From assembly GCA_963833985.1 (NCBI GenBank), contig CAWIAD010000002.1, positions 1,856,001 to 1,920,000 on the forward strand: DNA of 64,000 bases, written 5' to 3'. Origin of the DNA: an uncultured Planctomycetaceae bacterium. GTDB taxonomy: Bacteria > Planctomycetota > Planctomycetia > Isosphaerales > Isosphaeraceae. Shown here piece by piece: positions 1 through 10,651 of this stretch. The first letter of the stretch is position 1. Each line of letters opens with the position of its first letter. A model generated the notes under the pieces. The model was not told the DNA's origin, searched no databases, and worked only from the letters and a program-made list of their open reading frames with translations. Made by a program: the position numbers and the translations under genes.

Positions 1-731
1 TGCGAGCACCTCGACGATCACCCCCAGCGCGAAGCCCTTGTGGCCGCCCAGGGGAAGCAGTGCGCCGGGAGGGGTTGCATAGAAGTCCTTCGGGTCGGTG
101 GTCGGCCGCCCTTCGGCGTCGAGCAGGCAGCCCTCGGGGACGTGCGTGCCCCGGTTCGCCGCCAGCCGCACCTTGCCTTCGGCGATGACGCACGTGGATG
201 CGTCCAGCAAGAGAGGCGGGCCTCCGGGAACCGGCACGCCCACGGCGATCGGGTCAGCCGAAAGCCGGCGCTGGGTGCCTCCGTGGGCGCGACCAGGATG
301 CCTCCGCCGCCGGTGTTCACGAAGATGAGGGCGATCTTGTTCTCGCGCGCGGCCATCTCGGCCCAGTCGCCGATCCGGCCCAGGTGCCCCGAGTTGCGCA
401 GGGCCAGCAGCGAGAGCCCGAAGCGGGCACTCTTGTCCAGCGCGATCCGCATGGCCTGCTCGCCGATCACCTGGCCGAAACCCAGCCGGCCGTCGAGGAC
501 GGCGAGGACGTCGTTTTCCAGCACGATCTCCGCGGTCTGGTTGGGCACGACCTGTGCCGCCCGCATGCGCTCGACATACCGCGGAACCTGGATCACGCCG
601 TGCGAGTCATGCCCGGTCAGGTTCGCCTCGACCAGGTAATGCGCGATCCGCTCGGCCTCGTGCGCGTGGCTTCCCGCGGCCGCGAAGATCTTGCCCACCA
701 GTTGCTTGAGGGCCTCATGGCCGATCGTCAT
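1..731 (-). CDS. Ldh_2 family oxidoreductase (malate/lactate/ureidoglycolate dehydrogenase-like); 3' end runs off the window, frameshift near 285
   Basis: ORF 18..863 has [11 protein letters not shown] and [14 protein letters not shown] motifs. After GILVAP another frame continues [17 protein letters not shown]...EGKVR...[11 protein letters not shown]. Start could be 776. Confidence 0.8.
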
Positions 732-958
732 CAGATGCTCCTCATGGCCGGGCCGTCGCGCCGTCAATCGGGCCATGCGGACCGGCGCCCGGTGCCACCA
801 TTCTCCGGCCCCGCGGGGCCGGCCGCCAGCGGAAAGAGCGCCGGTACCTCGGCTTTGGGGCATTGCGGCAACCCAGGACCGCCGTTACGCTTCATGAACC
901 GTGTGCACCACGCCCGGATCACTTGACGCTGCGCACTGCCCCTGGGAGAGCTGTCTTC

Positions 959-1999
959 ATGGAAACGATGCTGGCCCTTGTGAAGAAAGAGGCCAAGCCC
1001 GGACTGTGGCTGGATCATGTGCCGGTTCCCCGCATCGGCATCAACGATGTGCTCATCAAGATCCTCCGCACAGGAATCTGCGGGACTGATGTGCATATTT
1101 ACGAATGGGATGCCTGGGCGCAGCGGACGATCCCCGTGCCGATGGTGGTGGGCCATGAATTCGTCGGGCAAATCGCCGATGTCGGCTCGAACGTGAAGGA
1201 CTTCCACGTCGGCGAGATCGTCAGCGGAGAGGGGCACGTGGTCTGCGGCCGCTGCCGCAACTGCCTGGCCGGGCGGAGACATCTCTGCAAGGACACGAAG
1301 GGCGTGGGCGTGAACCGGCCCGGAGCCTTCGCCGAGTATTTGAGCCTGCCCATGACAAACGTCTGGGTGCATGACACGCAGATTCCCCGCGACGTGCAGG
1401 CCATCTTCGACCCGTTCGGCAACGCCGTGCACACGGCCCTCCAGTTCGACGTGCTGGGCGAGGACGTGCTCATCACCGGGGCCGGACCGATCGGGGTCAT
1501 GGCGGCCCGGATCGTGCGCCACGCGGGCGCCAGGCATGTCGTGGTGACGGACGTCAACCCGTTCCGGCTGGAGCTCGCACGCAAGATGGGCGCCACCCGC
1601 GGCGTCGATGTGCGCAGCCAGACGATCGCCGGCGTCCAGCAAGAGCTGGGTATGAAGGAGGGGTTCGACGTCGGCCTGGAAATGTCCGGCAATCCGCACG
1701 CCTTTCGCGACATGCTGGCGAACATCTGCCACGGGGGAAAGATCGCCATGCTCGGCATCCCGACCGAAGACATCGCCATCAACTGGCAGACCGTCGTCTT
1801 CAACATGATCACCATCCGCGGCATCTACGGCCGCGAGATGTACGAGACCTGGTACAAGATGACCGTGATGCTCCAGTCGGGCCTGGACATCTCACCGGTC
1901 ATCACCCACCGGTATGGCTTCGAGGATTTCGAGAAGGGGTTCGACGTCATGCGCTCGGGGCAGTCCGGCAAGGTGATCCTCACCTGGAGCGATGGTTAA
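959..1999 (+). CDS. tdh: L-threonine 3-dehydrogenase
   Basis: [41 protein letters not shown] zinc motifs, [14 protein letters not shown]; adjacent to kbl. Confidence 0.96.
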   Translation: METMLALVKKEAKPGLWLDHVPVPRIGINDVLIKILRTGICGTDVHIYEWDAWAQRTIPVPMVVGHEFVGQIADVGSNVKDFHVGEIVSGEGHVVCGRCRNCLAGRRHLCKDTKGVGVNRPGAFAEYLSLPMTNVWVHDTQIPRDVQAIFDPFGNAVHTALQFDVLGEDVLITGAGPIGVMAARIVRHAGARHVVVTDVNPFRLELARKMGATRGVDVRSQTIAGVQQELGMKEGFDVGLEMSGNPHAFRDMLANICHGGKIAMLGIPTEDIAINWQTVVFNMITIRGIYGREMYETWYKMTVMLQSGLDISPVITHRYGFEDFEKGFDVMRSGQSGKVILTWSDG

Positions 2000-2026
2000 G
2001 TTTGAAGCCCACGGATACAACGAAAC

Positions 2027-2056
2027 CGAACTGAACTGAGTTGAACTGAATTGAAC
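2027..2056 (+). repeat. Imperfect pentanucleotide repeat (TGAAC)x6 in the tdh-kbl spacer
   Basis: cgaac tgaac tgagt tgaac tgaat tgaac. Confidence 0.7.
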
Positions 2057-2077
2057 CGGAGCGGGAGCCTCTTGACG

Positions 2078-3260
2078 ATGTACGGCGCCATCCAGCAGCA
2101 CCTTGCCGACCAGCTCGAGCAGATCCGCAACGCCGGCCTGTGGAAGGGCGAGCGCGTGCTCAGCTCACCCCAGCAGGCCCACGTGGGAGTTGGTGCGCGT
2201 TCGGATGTTCTGAACATGTGCGCCAACAACTATCTCGGCCTGGCCGATCATCCCGAGGTGGTGCAGGCCGCGCGCGGCCCTGGAGCGCTGGGGCAACGGC
2301 ATGGCGTCGGTTCGCTTCATCTGCGGGACCCAGGAGCCGCACAAGGCGCTGGAGCGGGCCATCTCGGAGTTCCTGGGCACCGAGGAGACCATCCTCTATT
2401 CCTCATGCTGGGATGCCAACGGCGGCCTCTTCGAGACGATCCTCGGGGCCGAGGATGCCGTGATCTCCGATGAGCTCAACCACGCCTCGATCATCGACGG
2501 CATCCGCCTCTGCAAGGCCCAGCGGCTGCGCTACAAGAACACCGACATGGCCGACCTGGAGGCGAAGCTGCTGGAAGCCGGCGATGCCCGGTTCAAGCTC
2601 ATCGCCACCGACGGCGTGTTCTCGATGGACGGCATCATCGCCGACCTCCAGTCGATCTGCGACCTCGCCGAGAAGCACGGGGCGCTGGTGATGGTGGATG
2701 ATTCGCACGCCGTTGGATTCCTGGGCAAACATGGCCGCGGCACACACGAGCACTGCAATGTCATGGGCCGGGTCGACATCATCACCGGCACGCTGGGCAA
2801 GGCGCTGGGAGGCGCCAGCGGAGGCTATACCAGCGGCCGGGCCGAGGTCGTGTCGCTGCTGCGCCAGCGGTCGCGCCCGTATCTCTTTTCGAATTCGGTC
2901 GCACCGCCGATTCTGGGCGCCTCGCTGAAGGCGATCGAGATCTGCCGGCGCTCCACCGAGCTGCGCGACCGGCTGGCGGAGAACACGCAATTCTTTCGCG
3001 CGGAGATGACACGCCGCAAGTTCCAGATCGTTCCGGGCGAGCACCCGATCACGCCCATCATGATCGGCGACGCCGCGCTGGCCGGCCGCATGGCCGACCT
3101 GCTGCTGGAACGCGGTGTCTACGCCGTCGGCTTCTCCTACCCCGTGGTCCCCCAGGGCAAAGCGCGCGTGCGCGTGCAGGTGTCGGCCGCGCACAGCCAC
3201 GCGGACCTCGAGTTCGCCATCGAGGCGTTCACGGCCGTGCGGGATGAGCTGGGGATCTGA
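2078..3260 (+). CDS. kbl: Glycine C-acetyltransferase (2-amino-3-ketobutyrate CoA ligase), frameshift near 2275
   Basis: [17 protein letters not shown] in ORF 2051; [23 protein letters not shown] and [10 protein letters not shown] (PLP Lys) in ORF 2301. Confidence 0.93.
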
Positions 3261-3290
3261 TGAGCTGAGGCGCGGCTGACAGTAGGGCAG

Positions 3291-3410
3291 CAGGTCGGGC
3301 TGCGGAGGCGGGTAGGTCGGGCTGCGGGAGCGGGTAGGTCGGGCTGCGGAGGCGGGTAGGTCGGGCTGCGGAGGCGGGTAGGTCGGGCTGCGGGAGCGGG
3401 TAGGTCGGGC
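3291..3410 (+). repeat. 22-bp tandem array (GGGTAGGTCGGGCTGCGGRRGC) x ~5.5 ending in REP-like copy 1
   Basis: Unit starts at 3310, 3332, 3354, 3376, 3398 (period 22), with a partial unit at 3291. Confidence 0.95.
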
Positions 3411-3436
3411 TCACGCCCGAGGTTGGGGGCTTCGCC
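3400..3436 (+). repeat. REP-like element copy 1, GTAGGTCGGGCTCACGCCCGAGGTTGGGGGCTTCGCC
   Basis: GTAG followed by hairpin TCGGGC-TCAC-GCCCGA; near-identical copies at 3679-3715 (-) and 4493-4529 (+). Confidence 0.9.
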
Positions 3437-3625
3437 AGTAGAAAACCACGGCCTTACGGCCGTGGCCGCGTGTGCCGAGCGCCGTGGCCTGTGTGCCGTG
3501 GCCGCGTGTCTCGGGCTTCCAGCCCCTGTCCGGCTGTGGCCGTGTGTATCGGGCCCCACGGCCTCGGGGGGCCGCGGCCGGGTGTATCGGGCCCCACGGC
3601 CTGGCGTCCGTGCCCACGTCCGTGG
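3437..3625 (+). repeat. Second hairpin GTAGAAAA-CCACGGCC-TTAC-GGCCGTGG followed by degenerate GGCCGCGTGT(ATCGGGCCCCACGGCC) repeats
   Basis: Perfect 8-bp stem; the same module recurs at 4530-4640. Confidence 0.8.
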
Positions 3626-3678
3626 ATCATGAGGATGGTGAGCGAAGTGACCATGCCCGTGAGGGCATGGTTCGGACG

Positions 3679-3715
3679 GGCGAAGCCTCCAACCTCGGGC
3701 GTGAGCCCGACCTAC
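3679..3715 (-). repeat. REP-like element copy 2 (inverted relative to copy 1, forming a REPIN-like pair)
   Basis: ggcgaagcctccaacctcgggcgtgagcccgacctac is the exact reverse complement of copy 3. Confidence 0.9.
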
Positions 3716-3853
3716 ACCGCCGACGTGATCCCGACCTACAGTGCCGACGTGATCCCGACCTACAGTGCCGATGTGATCCCGACCTGTGCTGCCGGCGTGA
3801 TCCCGACCTCCTTCTCTGCCGTGATCCCGACTCTTTTCCATGGAATCCCGACC
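3701..3853 (+). repeat. 24-bp period array: conserved GTGATCCCGACC core plus progressively variable ~12-bp segment, x6.5
   Basis: Cores at 3701, 3725, 3749, 3773, 3797, 3821 and a partial core at ~3845 directly before the ATG at 3854. Confidence 0.9.
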
Positions 3854-4387
3854 ATGCGTCCGCGCTACACCACCACCTGCCTCATCGAGCATCACCATGA
3901 GGTGACTCGCTACGAGATCGGAGGGCACACGCACTACAAGCTCGACTATCATTTCGTCTGGCGCACGAAGTACAACCGCAAGCTCCTCGGGCCGGTCTTG
4001 ACGCCCTTCCTGGTCGATGAGGTCGAATCGATCTGCCGGGAGAAACATGTGAAGCGGCTCGGCCTTGCCATCGCCGTCAATCACGTGCACCTCTGCCTGC
4101 GTCTCCGGCCCAGCCAGTCGCCCGCCCAGGTCATGAGCTGGATCAAATCCACAACCAGCAGGAACGCCTTCGAGCGATTCCCGGAGCTGGGTCATCGTCT
4201 CGGCCTGCGGCATCTCTGGGCCACCGGCTATCACGTCGAGAGCCTGGGCGACAAGCCGGTCTTCGCCATCCTGGCCTACCTCGGCCGGCAGGACGAGAAG
4301 CATGACCTGCGCGCGCTGGAGAGCTACATGGACGAGGTGGATCGGTTCCTGCTGTCAAGCGATACGGTGGACGATGAAGCGGAGTGA
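3854..4387 (+). CDS. tnpA: IS200/IS605-family Y1 (HUH) transposase, possibly REP-associated (RAYT-like); no tnpB
   Basis: HYKLDYHFVWRTKY, HUH motif NHVHL, LWATGY, catalytic YxxxQ (YLGRQ). Confidence 0.88.
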   Translation: MRPRYTTTCLIEHHHEVTRYEIGGHTHYKLDYHFVWRTKYNRKLLGPVLTPFLVDEVESICREKHVKRLGLAIAVNHVHLCLRLRPSQSPAQVMSWIKSTTSRNAFERFPELGHRLGLRHLWATGYHVESLGDKPVFAILAYLGRQDEKHDLRALESYMDEVDRFLLSSDTVDDEAE

Positions 4388-4448
4388 GAACGCCCTCAGA
4401 CAGCAGGTCGGGGTGAGGGTAGGGGAGCAGGTCAGGCCAGGGGAGCGT

Positions 4449-4640
4449 GTAGGTCGGGCTGCGGGAGCGGGTAGGTCGGGCTGCGGGAGCGGGTAGGTCG
4501 GGCTCACGCCCGAGGTTGGAGGCTTCGCCAGTAGAAAACCACGGCCTTACGGCCGTGGCCGCGTGTATCGGGCTCCCAGCCCCTGTCCGCCCGAGGCCGC
4601 GTGTATCGGTCCCCACGGCCTCGGCGCCGTGGCCGCGTGC
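4449..4640 (+). repeat. Downstream module: 22-bp units x ~2, REP-like copy 3 (4493-4529), CCACGGCC hairpin and GGCCGCGTGT repeats; direct repeat of 3376-3570
   Basis: 4469-4566 matches 3376-3473 with one mismatch; similarity continues with indels. Confidence 0.9.
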
Positions 4641-4693
4641 GTTGGAGCGCCAGGGGCTTGCGGCCGCCGGGCGCCGGCGTTTCTGCTTGCGGA

Positions 4694-5488
4694 TCACGGC
4701 TTGCGCGCGATGACGATCCAGCCGCCGGCACGCACGCTGTGCAGAAGGCCGGGGTGGACGATCGGCCGGTACGAGACGTCCTCGAGGGGGATCACCTCGG
4801 TGATCTTCAGCCCTGCGCCGCGGAACTCGCGTTTCAGCTCGGCCCAGCGGTAGAGGTGGACCTCCATGCCGGGAATGCCGCGGTAGGTCATCCGCCGGTC
4901 GCCCACGCCGGCTTCCATCCGCAGGGCCTTGCCGAACTGGCCGAGCAGCCAGAGCCGGCCCTGCGGGTCCCGGAGATTGAGCCAGAGATTGTGCGCGTGC
5001 AGGGCCAGCCGTCCGCCGGGTCGCAGCAGCCGGGCGGTCTCGTGCAGGGCTCGCTGCCGGGACGTCCGGCCGCGGATCATGCCCAGAGTGCTGAACATCG
5101 ACAGGGCGTAGTCGAACGAGCCGCTGGCCAGGCACCCCAGGTGGCAGAGGTTCGCCTGCAAGACATGCAGCGATGGCAGAGTCTGCGGATTCGCAGCCTT
5201 GCGCTGGACTGTCTGGAGCATGGGACGCGAGAGATCGACGGCGACCACCGAGAACCCCTTGCCGGCGAAGCGCAAGGCGTGCCGCCCGGCACCGCAGCCC
5301 AGATCGACCAGCCGGCCGGGCTGCGTGAAGCGCGCGTCAAGAATCTCCGCGTCGATCTCGAAGAGTGGATGGCCTGCGAAGTAGGCGTCTTCCTCGACGG
5401 CCAAGCGAGGCGTGTGTGTGTACTCCCAGAGCGGCACGTTGACGCCTTCGGGAAGACGCCAGCGGGGAGGGGCTCGGTGCACGGTCAT
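4694..5488 (-). CDS. Class I SAM-dependent methyltransferase
   Basis: LVDLGCGAGR motif I, VAVDLS, FDYALSMFSTL, RLLRPGG. Confidence 0.9.
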   Translation of the reverse strand: MTVHRAPPRWRLPEGVNVPLWEYTHTPRLAVEEDAYFAGHPLFEIDAEILDARFTQPGRLVDLGCGAGRHALRFAGKGFSVVAVDLSRPMLQTVQRKAANPQTLPSLHVLQANLCHLGCLASGSFDYALSMFSTLGMIRGRTSRQRALHETARLLRPGGRLALHAHNLWLNLRDPQGRLWLLGQFGKALRMEAGVGDRRMTYRGIPGMEVHLYRWAELKREFRGAGLKITEVIPLEDVSYRPIVHPGLLHSVRAGGWIVIARKP

Positions 5489-5534
5489 CGCCGGGGCCCC
5501 GGGGTTGGTCGGACGGGTCTGGGTCTGCCAGTGC

Positions 5535-6996
5535 TCACGACAGCTGCGGTGTGGCCAGGACGACGCTCGAGCGGGGCGGAAGCTCGACGGGGAACTGGCC
5601 CTCCCGAACCCGGCCCCCCTGGCGCGTCCATACATCTTCCAGGATGGTGCCGTCCGCAACCAGACCTTGCACCGGAAGATGGAGCCGGCTGTTCGATCGG
5701 GCCGTATTGAACACGGCGATCAGCGTTTCCTCGCCCAGCTGACGTGCGTGGGCGAAGTGCTGGGGACCGGCCGCCAGGATGGTGTAGGTGCCTCGTCGCA
5801 GGGCCGGACGAGCCCGGCGCAGGGCGATGAGACGCTGGAATTCATGAAGCAGCGCGTGGTCCCAGTTCTCGGGACGGTGCCAGGGGAAGGCGCCGCGATT
5901 GGCCGGGTCGTGGCCGCCCCGCAAGCCGATCTCGTCACCGTAGTAAACAGACGGAGCGCCGGAATAGGTCATCTGGAAGGTCGTCGCCAGCCGCAGGGCC
6001 GTCTGGTCTCCCCCGGCCAGCGTCAGGAACCTGGCCATGTCGTGACTGCCCAGCAGGTTGAGCATCACGGCGGTGATTGCCTGCGGATAGAGACCATTGA
6101 GCCGCCTGATGGCCGCGGCGAACGCCTCTCCGCCGGACGGCCCGGCGGGATGCAGGCAGGTGTGGCGCAGTTCGGCCTCGTCCACCTCGGTGCCAATGAA
6201 GAAAGCAATGCAGGCGCGTGTGAAGTGATAGTTCATCACCGCGTCCCACATGTCGCCCTTGAGCCAGCGTACGGCGTCGGTCCAGACCTCGCCCACGATG
6301 TAGGCGTGGGGATTGCCTGCCTTCACCCGCACCCGGAACTCGCGCCAGAATGAGTCGTCGTCAATCTCGTTGGGCACGTCGAGCCGCCAGCCGTCGATGC
6401 CGAAATCGATCCACTGGCGGCCGATCCTCCAGAGAAACTCGCGAACCTCGGGGCTGCCGGTATTGAACTTGGGCAAGGCGGGCAGGCCCCACCAGGCCCC
6501 GTAGTTCGGCTTCTTGTCCGGGTCATAGGCGTTGAGCGGAAAGACGCTGACGTGAAACCAGTCGAGATAGGCCGAGTTCGGCCCGTTCTCCATGATGTCA
6601 TGGAACTGGAAGAACCCCCGGCTGGCATGGTTGAACACGCCGTCGAGGACGACCCGGATCCCCCGCGCATGGGCCTCGTCGACCAGCCTGCGCAGGGCGG
6701 GATTGCCGCCGAGCATCGGGTCGACCTTCTCGTAATCATGCGTGTGGTAGCGGTGGTTCGAGGCCGACTGGAAGACCGGCGTGAAGTAGATGGCGTTGAT
6801 GCCCAGGTCCTGAAGATAGTCCAGGTGTTCCACCACACCGACGAGGTCGCCGCCCTGGTAGCCATGGTAGGTGGGGGGTGCCCCCCAGTCGTCGAGATGC
6901 CCGGGCTTGGGAACGGCCACGCTGCGCGAAGCGGTCGGGGAAGATCTGGTAGAAGATTGCGTCGCGCACCCACTCGGGAGTTTGGGGATCGGCCAT
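5535..6996 (-). CDS. GH13 alpha-amylase family (neopullulanase/cyclomaltodextrinase-like), frameshift near 6925
   Basis: [19 protein letters not shown]-terminus (ORF 6736..6996); [30 protein letters not shown] in ORF 5535. Confidence 0.92.
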
Positions 6997-7108
6997 GGAG
7001 ACTCACTCACATGCGGAACGCGGAGAGGCGAGCCAGATGGTGGAATGCAGAGGGTGGAATCCGGGTGCGGCGCGCGGACCTCATCCTGGCGGCCGTGCCA
7101 TTTCCGGC

Positions 7109-9442
7109 TCAGCCCACGGGCACCTTCATCCAGTACACTTGCTGGCGATCACCGCGGAGCCGGAGATCTTCCAGGAACGCGTCGAGCGTGAGCTTGACCG
7201 CACCCTTGTAGCGCGGGCGTTCGTTGATACGAACTTCCACCTTGCGCTTGAAGTCGATCATTCGGGGGCTGACCCAGATATCCACCCGCGCCAGCCCGTT
7301 CAGCCTGAGGTTGAGCAGATTGCCCTGCGTGCTGGACTTCATCTTGATGGTGGCAGGGTTCAGGTTCTGGCCAAGGATCTCCACGGCTTCGGGGGCCATG
7401 GACCGGCCGCGTACGAAGTCGTGCACGACCACGCCGTAGAACCGGGCGTCGCACAGTCGGGCGGTCACGGCGTCGAATGCCTTGGGAGCGGGCTCGCGAC
7501 GATGCCGGTCCATCCAGTCGAAGAACGTGGGGATCTCCTCGGGGAATTCTTCCAGGCCTCGATGGTAATACTCGACGTAGGTCACGTCCCAGGTCTTGAG
7601 CATCAGCGGCTTGAGGTAGGTGCCGAAGATGATCTCGCTGGAGGCGGGCGCCAGGTCGCCGACCACGAAGTAGAGCGGCATGCGTTCGTGGTGCGGGAGG
7701 TAGCGGGGGACGTACTTCGCGGGAAAGCCCGAGGCGACGACCGCTCCGGCGAACAGGTCGGGATGTCCCAGCGCCATGTCCCAGGCCATGTTGCCGCCGG
7801 TAAGCTGGCCGGCGATGAAGACGCGGTCGCTGTCGATGGCGTACCGCCTGCGCGCGTCGCGCAGGGCCAGTTCCACGGCGGCGTGTTCGCTGGGGGTGTA
7901 GCGATAGTCGTGCGGCTGGCCGGAGATGTTGTACTCCGGCGCGATCACGATATAACCGCGCCGCGCTGCCTCGGCGGCCCAGCCGTCCACGGCGGCCTGC
8001 GGCCCCTGGCCGGAATGGCATGCGATGATGGCGGGATAGGAGCGCAGCGGATGGTACTCCGGAGGCAGCCGCACCGCGTACTCGGTGGGTTCCTGGTTTT
8101 CATCCTCCAGGAGCTTGCGCAGCAAGGTTTTCTCCGGCCCCTCCGCCGGATCCGCGAGCGGGGGCGGCATGAGCTGGCTGATCCGGGTGGCGAGATCCAG
8201 CTTGTGATATCCTTCTTGCGCGACGTCGTCGGTGGGCCAGTTCAGCTCCTCGAGCTTCGCCAGGATGTTCTCTCGCCCCGTGGCACCGGAGCCCGCGAGA
8301 TAATCATGTATCAGATCGCGCGCCTGCCAGAGCGTGTCGGCGATACTCATGTCGGGAACCGCCGCGTCGCTGCCCGCGACGTATCCGGACATGGCCAGGG
8401 CGAACCGCTGCGGGTCGGTCGTGCCCCGCTCGGTGCGGGCTTTCCGCCAGGCCAGGAAACGGTCGCGGACGGCATCGGGGGCCTGCTCGATCGCCTTCAT
8501 GGCCTCCGCGACGCGCTTCTTCCAGAGTGAGCGGTCCGCGGCCGAGAGCTTTCCCTCCAGTTTTCGAAGGTCCGTCGCCAGTGCCAGGTCGCTGGCGCGC
8601 TGCTCATCCTCGCGGCGAATCACCGCGCGGACGTCCAGGAACAGTTCCGTGGCGATCTCTTTCTCCTTGAAGCTCTTGAGGATCGCGTACGCCTGCTGAT
8701 ACTGCTGAGCCTTGCGGCGCACATCCACCTCGGCCCGGAGCTGGTTGGCCTGCGCCTGGATGATGTAGGTCTTCGCTCCCGCGGCCCGCTCGCGCAGGTC
8801 GGACTGGGGAAAATCATGGATGATCCGGTCCAGCGCCTCGCGGGCTTCGGGATAGTAGCCCGCGTCCATGAGAAAGCGGACCGCGCGCTCGCGTTCGGAC
8901 TGGTCGTGCTGCTCCACGCGCGCGAGCAGGCTGGTCACCACCGTCCGGGGAATCTGGCTGGTCACCACCTGGCCCAGCCAGAAGCCGTCCACGCCGCGAT
9001 ATTTCGTGACATGCGGCCCGAGCTCGATGATGGCCTGTTCCATCGTGGTGGGCCCGGGCGCTCGCGAGCCGACGTAGCGGAACGACCTGCGGCCCTTCTC
9101 GTTCCAGGAGCCGGCCTGGACGCTGAGCACTTCCGAGGGCATCCTGCCGGCGTGAACCTCCAGGGGCTGGACCAGCCGGAACTTCTCGCCGGTGCGGTAG
9201 GTGTTGTCGCCCTCCATCTTGACGATCTTCGAGTTATTGAAGACGGTCTTCTTCAGACCGTCCCAGAGGAAGATCAGGGTGCCGTCTCTGTCCGGGGTTC
9301 CCTGGGACAGGTAGATCATGCCGTTTTTCAGAGTGATGGTGTCTGCCCGGCCTCCGGCCCACGCCGCGCAGAGCTGGACCAGCAGGCTCAGGCACAGTAA
9401 ACGGCCGGCCCGAGGTCGCGATGTCTTGCTCACGGTGATCAC
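7109..9442 (-). CDS. Exported protein with C-terminal alpha/beta-hydrolase (peptidase/esterase-like) domain
   Basis: Signal-like N-terminus; [46 protein letters not shown]. Confidence 0.7.
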   Translation of the reverse strand: MITVSKTSRPRAGRLLCLSLLVQLCAAWAGGRADTITLKNGMIYLSQGTPDRDGTLIFLWDGLKKTVFNNSKIVKMEGDNTYRTGEKFRLVQPLEVHAGRMPSEVLSVQAGSWNEKGRRSFRYVGSRAPGPTTMEQAIIELGPHVTKYRGVDGFWLGQVVTSQIPRTVVTSLLARVEQHDQSERERAVRFLMDAGYYPEAREALDRIIHDFPQSDLRERAAGAKTYIIQAQANQLRAEVDVRRKAQQYQQAYAILKSFKEKEIATELFLDVRAVIRREDEQRASDLALATDLRKLEGKLSAADRSLWKKRVAEAMKAIEQAPDAVRDRFLAWRKARTERGTTDPQRFALAMSGYVAGSDAAVPDMSIADTLWQARDLIHDYLAGSGATGRENILAKLEELNWPTDDVAQEGYHKLDLATRISQLMPPPLADPAEGPEKTLLRKLLEDENQEPTEYAVRLPPEYHPLRSYPAIIACHSGQGPQAAVDGWAAEAARRGYIVIAPEYNISGQPHDYRYTPSEHAAVELALRDARRRYAIDSDRVFIAGQLTGGNMAWDMALGHPDLFAGAVVASGFPAKYVPRYLPHHERMPLYFVVGDLAPASSEIIFGTYLKPLMLKTWDVTYVEYYHRGLEEFPEEIPTFFDWMDRHRREPAPKAFDAVTARLCDARFYGVVVHDFVRGRSMAPEAVEILGQNLNPATIKMKSSTQGNLLNLRLNGLARVDIWVSPRMIDFKRKVEVRINERPRYKGAVKLTLDAFLEDLRLRGDRQQVYWMKVPVG

Positions 9443-9782
9443 GTCGCTTTCTCCCCGGCACCACCCTTGCGTCGCGCTGCGACCGGCACCGGCCTGTCGA
9501 GGAACCGACCGGCTCGCAAGCCCGCTGCCCGCATGAGCCTACCCATTTCGCAGCACGTGAAGCGTCTTCCGCTCGCATGCCAATTGTGACAGTCCCGCCG
9601 ATAAGGTCAAGACGGCGTGGTTGCGCGGAGGGTCGTCCGCCGGCAGCCGGCTCGCCGCCGGAGCCGCTTGCGCCCGGCACGCGGCGCGGTGTGGCATGCC
9701 CGGGCGGCTCCGCGTAGGCTGGAATCATCAAGACGCGGTAAGCGGCGCCAGGCCGAAGCACAGATGAGGAGAATGCCCAGCC

Positions 9783-10553
9783 ATGGCCGAGGAATCATTC
9801 CGATTTCGCTGCACCAACTGCCGGCAGCTGCTCGGAGCGTCGTTCCGGAGAATCGGGACGGTCATTTCCTGCCCCAGGTGCGGCGCCGAGCTGAAGGTCC
9901 CTCACCCGGAGGAACAGCCGGCCACGTCCGAACCCGCGCGTCCCGCCCCGTCGTCCGCTGGCCGGAGCCGGAGCCCGAACCCGGTTGCGCGCACCAGCGC
10001 CGCCAGCCGCGCAATCCAAACCCGCGCTCCCCTCGTTCATGGAGGAGATTGCGGCGGCCATCCCCGACGAGCTTGCGGCACTCCGTCCCGAGGATATCCG
10101 GGTCGAGGCGGAATTCGCCGACCTCGTGATCAACACCGGCCCGAGCACCACCCCATCCGTTCCATCGGCCGGATCGCCCTCAGCCGAACCTGAAGTCGAT
10201 TCGGCGGCGCTGAGCGCCTATTTGCGCAGTCGGCTCCGGCATCCCAGGCTGCACCGGTTCTCCCCGAGGAACCCCCCGCGGCTCCGGCCCCGGAGGCACC
10301 GAGGGCCGCAACACTCGCGTTCTCTCCGAATCCACCGCCCGAGCCGCAGCTCCTTGCGGCTGCGGGAGATGCCGTCCTACCGCCGATCCATGTGGAGACG
10401 TCGGGGCGATTGCTGCCGGGCCGTCCCATGCAACCCGTCAGCGAAGTCGTGCTGCAACCCGCGACGGTGCTGGCATGGTCGCTACTGGTGCTTCTTGCGC
10501 TTCCCATGGCCTTTCTGGCGGGGCTGATGATCGGTCACTTCGTCTGGAAGTGA
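9783..10553 (+). CDS. Zinc-ribbon, Pro-rich membrane-anchored protein; two apparent frameshifts (~9990, ~10220)
   Basis: FRFRCTNC...ISCPRCG N-terminus; Pro/Ala-rich middle; C-terminal [29 protein letters not shown] ending TGA 10551-10553. Confidence 0.6.
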
Positions 10554-10651
10554 GCGGGTCCCGGCGATCTCGCTTACCTTGGATGCCGCCGGGGCGTTTG
10601 CTACCATGGATCTGGATCACCGCGGTTCTCATTCCGGACGAGGCATCGAGC

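Noticed and set aside
3291..3853. Possible CRISPR array
   Set aside because: Periods of 22-24 bp are too short, the spacers are related to one another, and no cas genes are present.
3470..3853. 128-aa N-terminal extension of the TnpA ORF
   Set aside because: It is a translation of repeat DNA. Y1 homology starts after 3854, although in-frame translation of the 24-bp array is not excluded.
4388..4700. tnpB/IscB or omegaRNA downstream of tnpA
   Set aside because: No RuvC or zinc-finger ORF is present; the space is filled by the repeat module and then a convergent methyltransferase.
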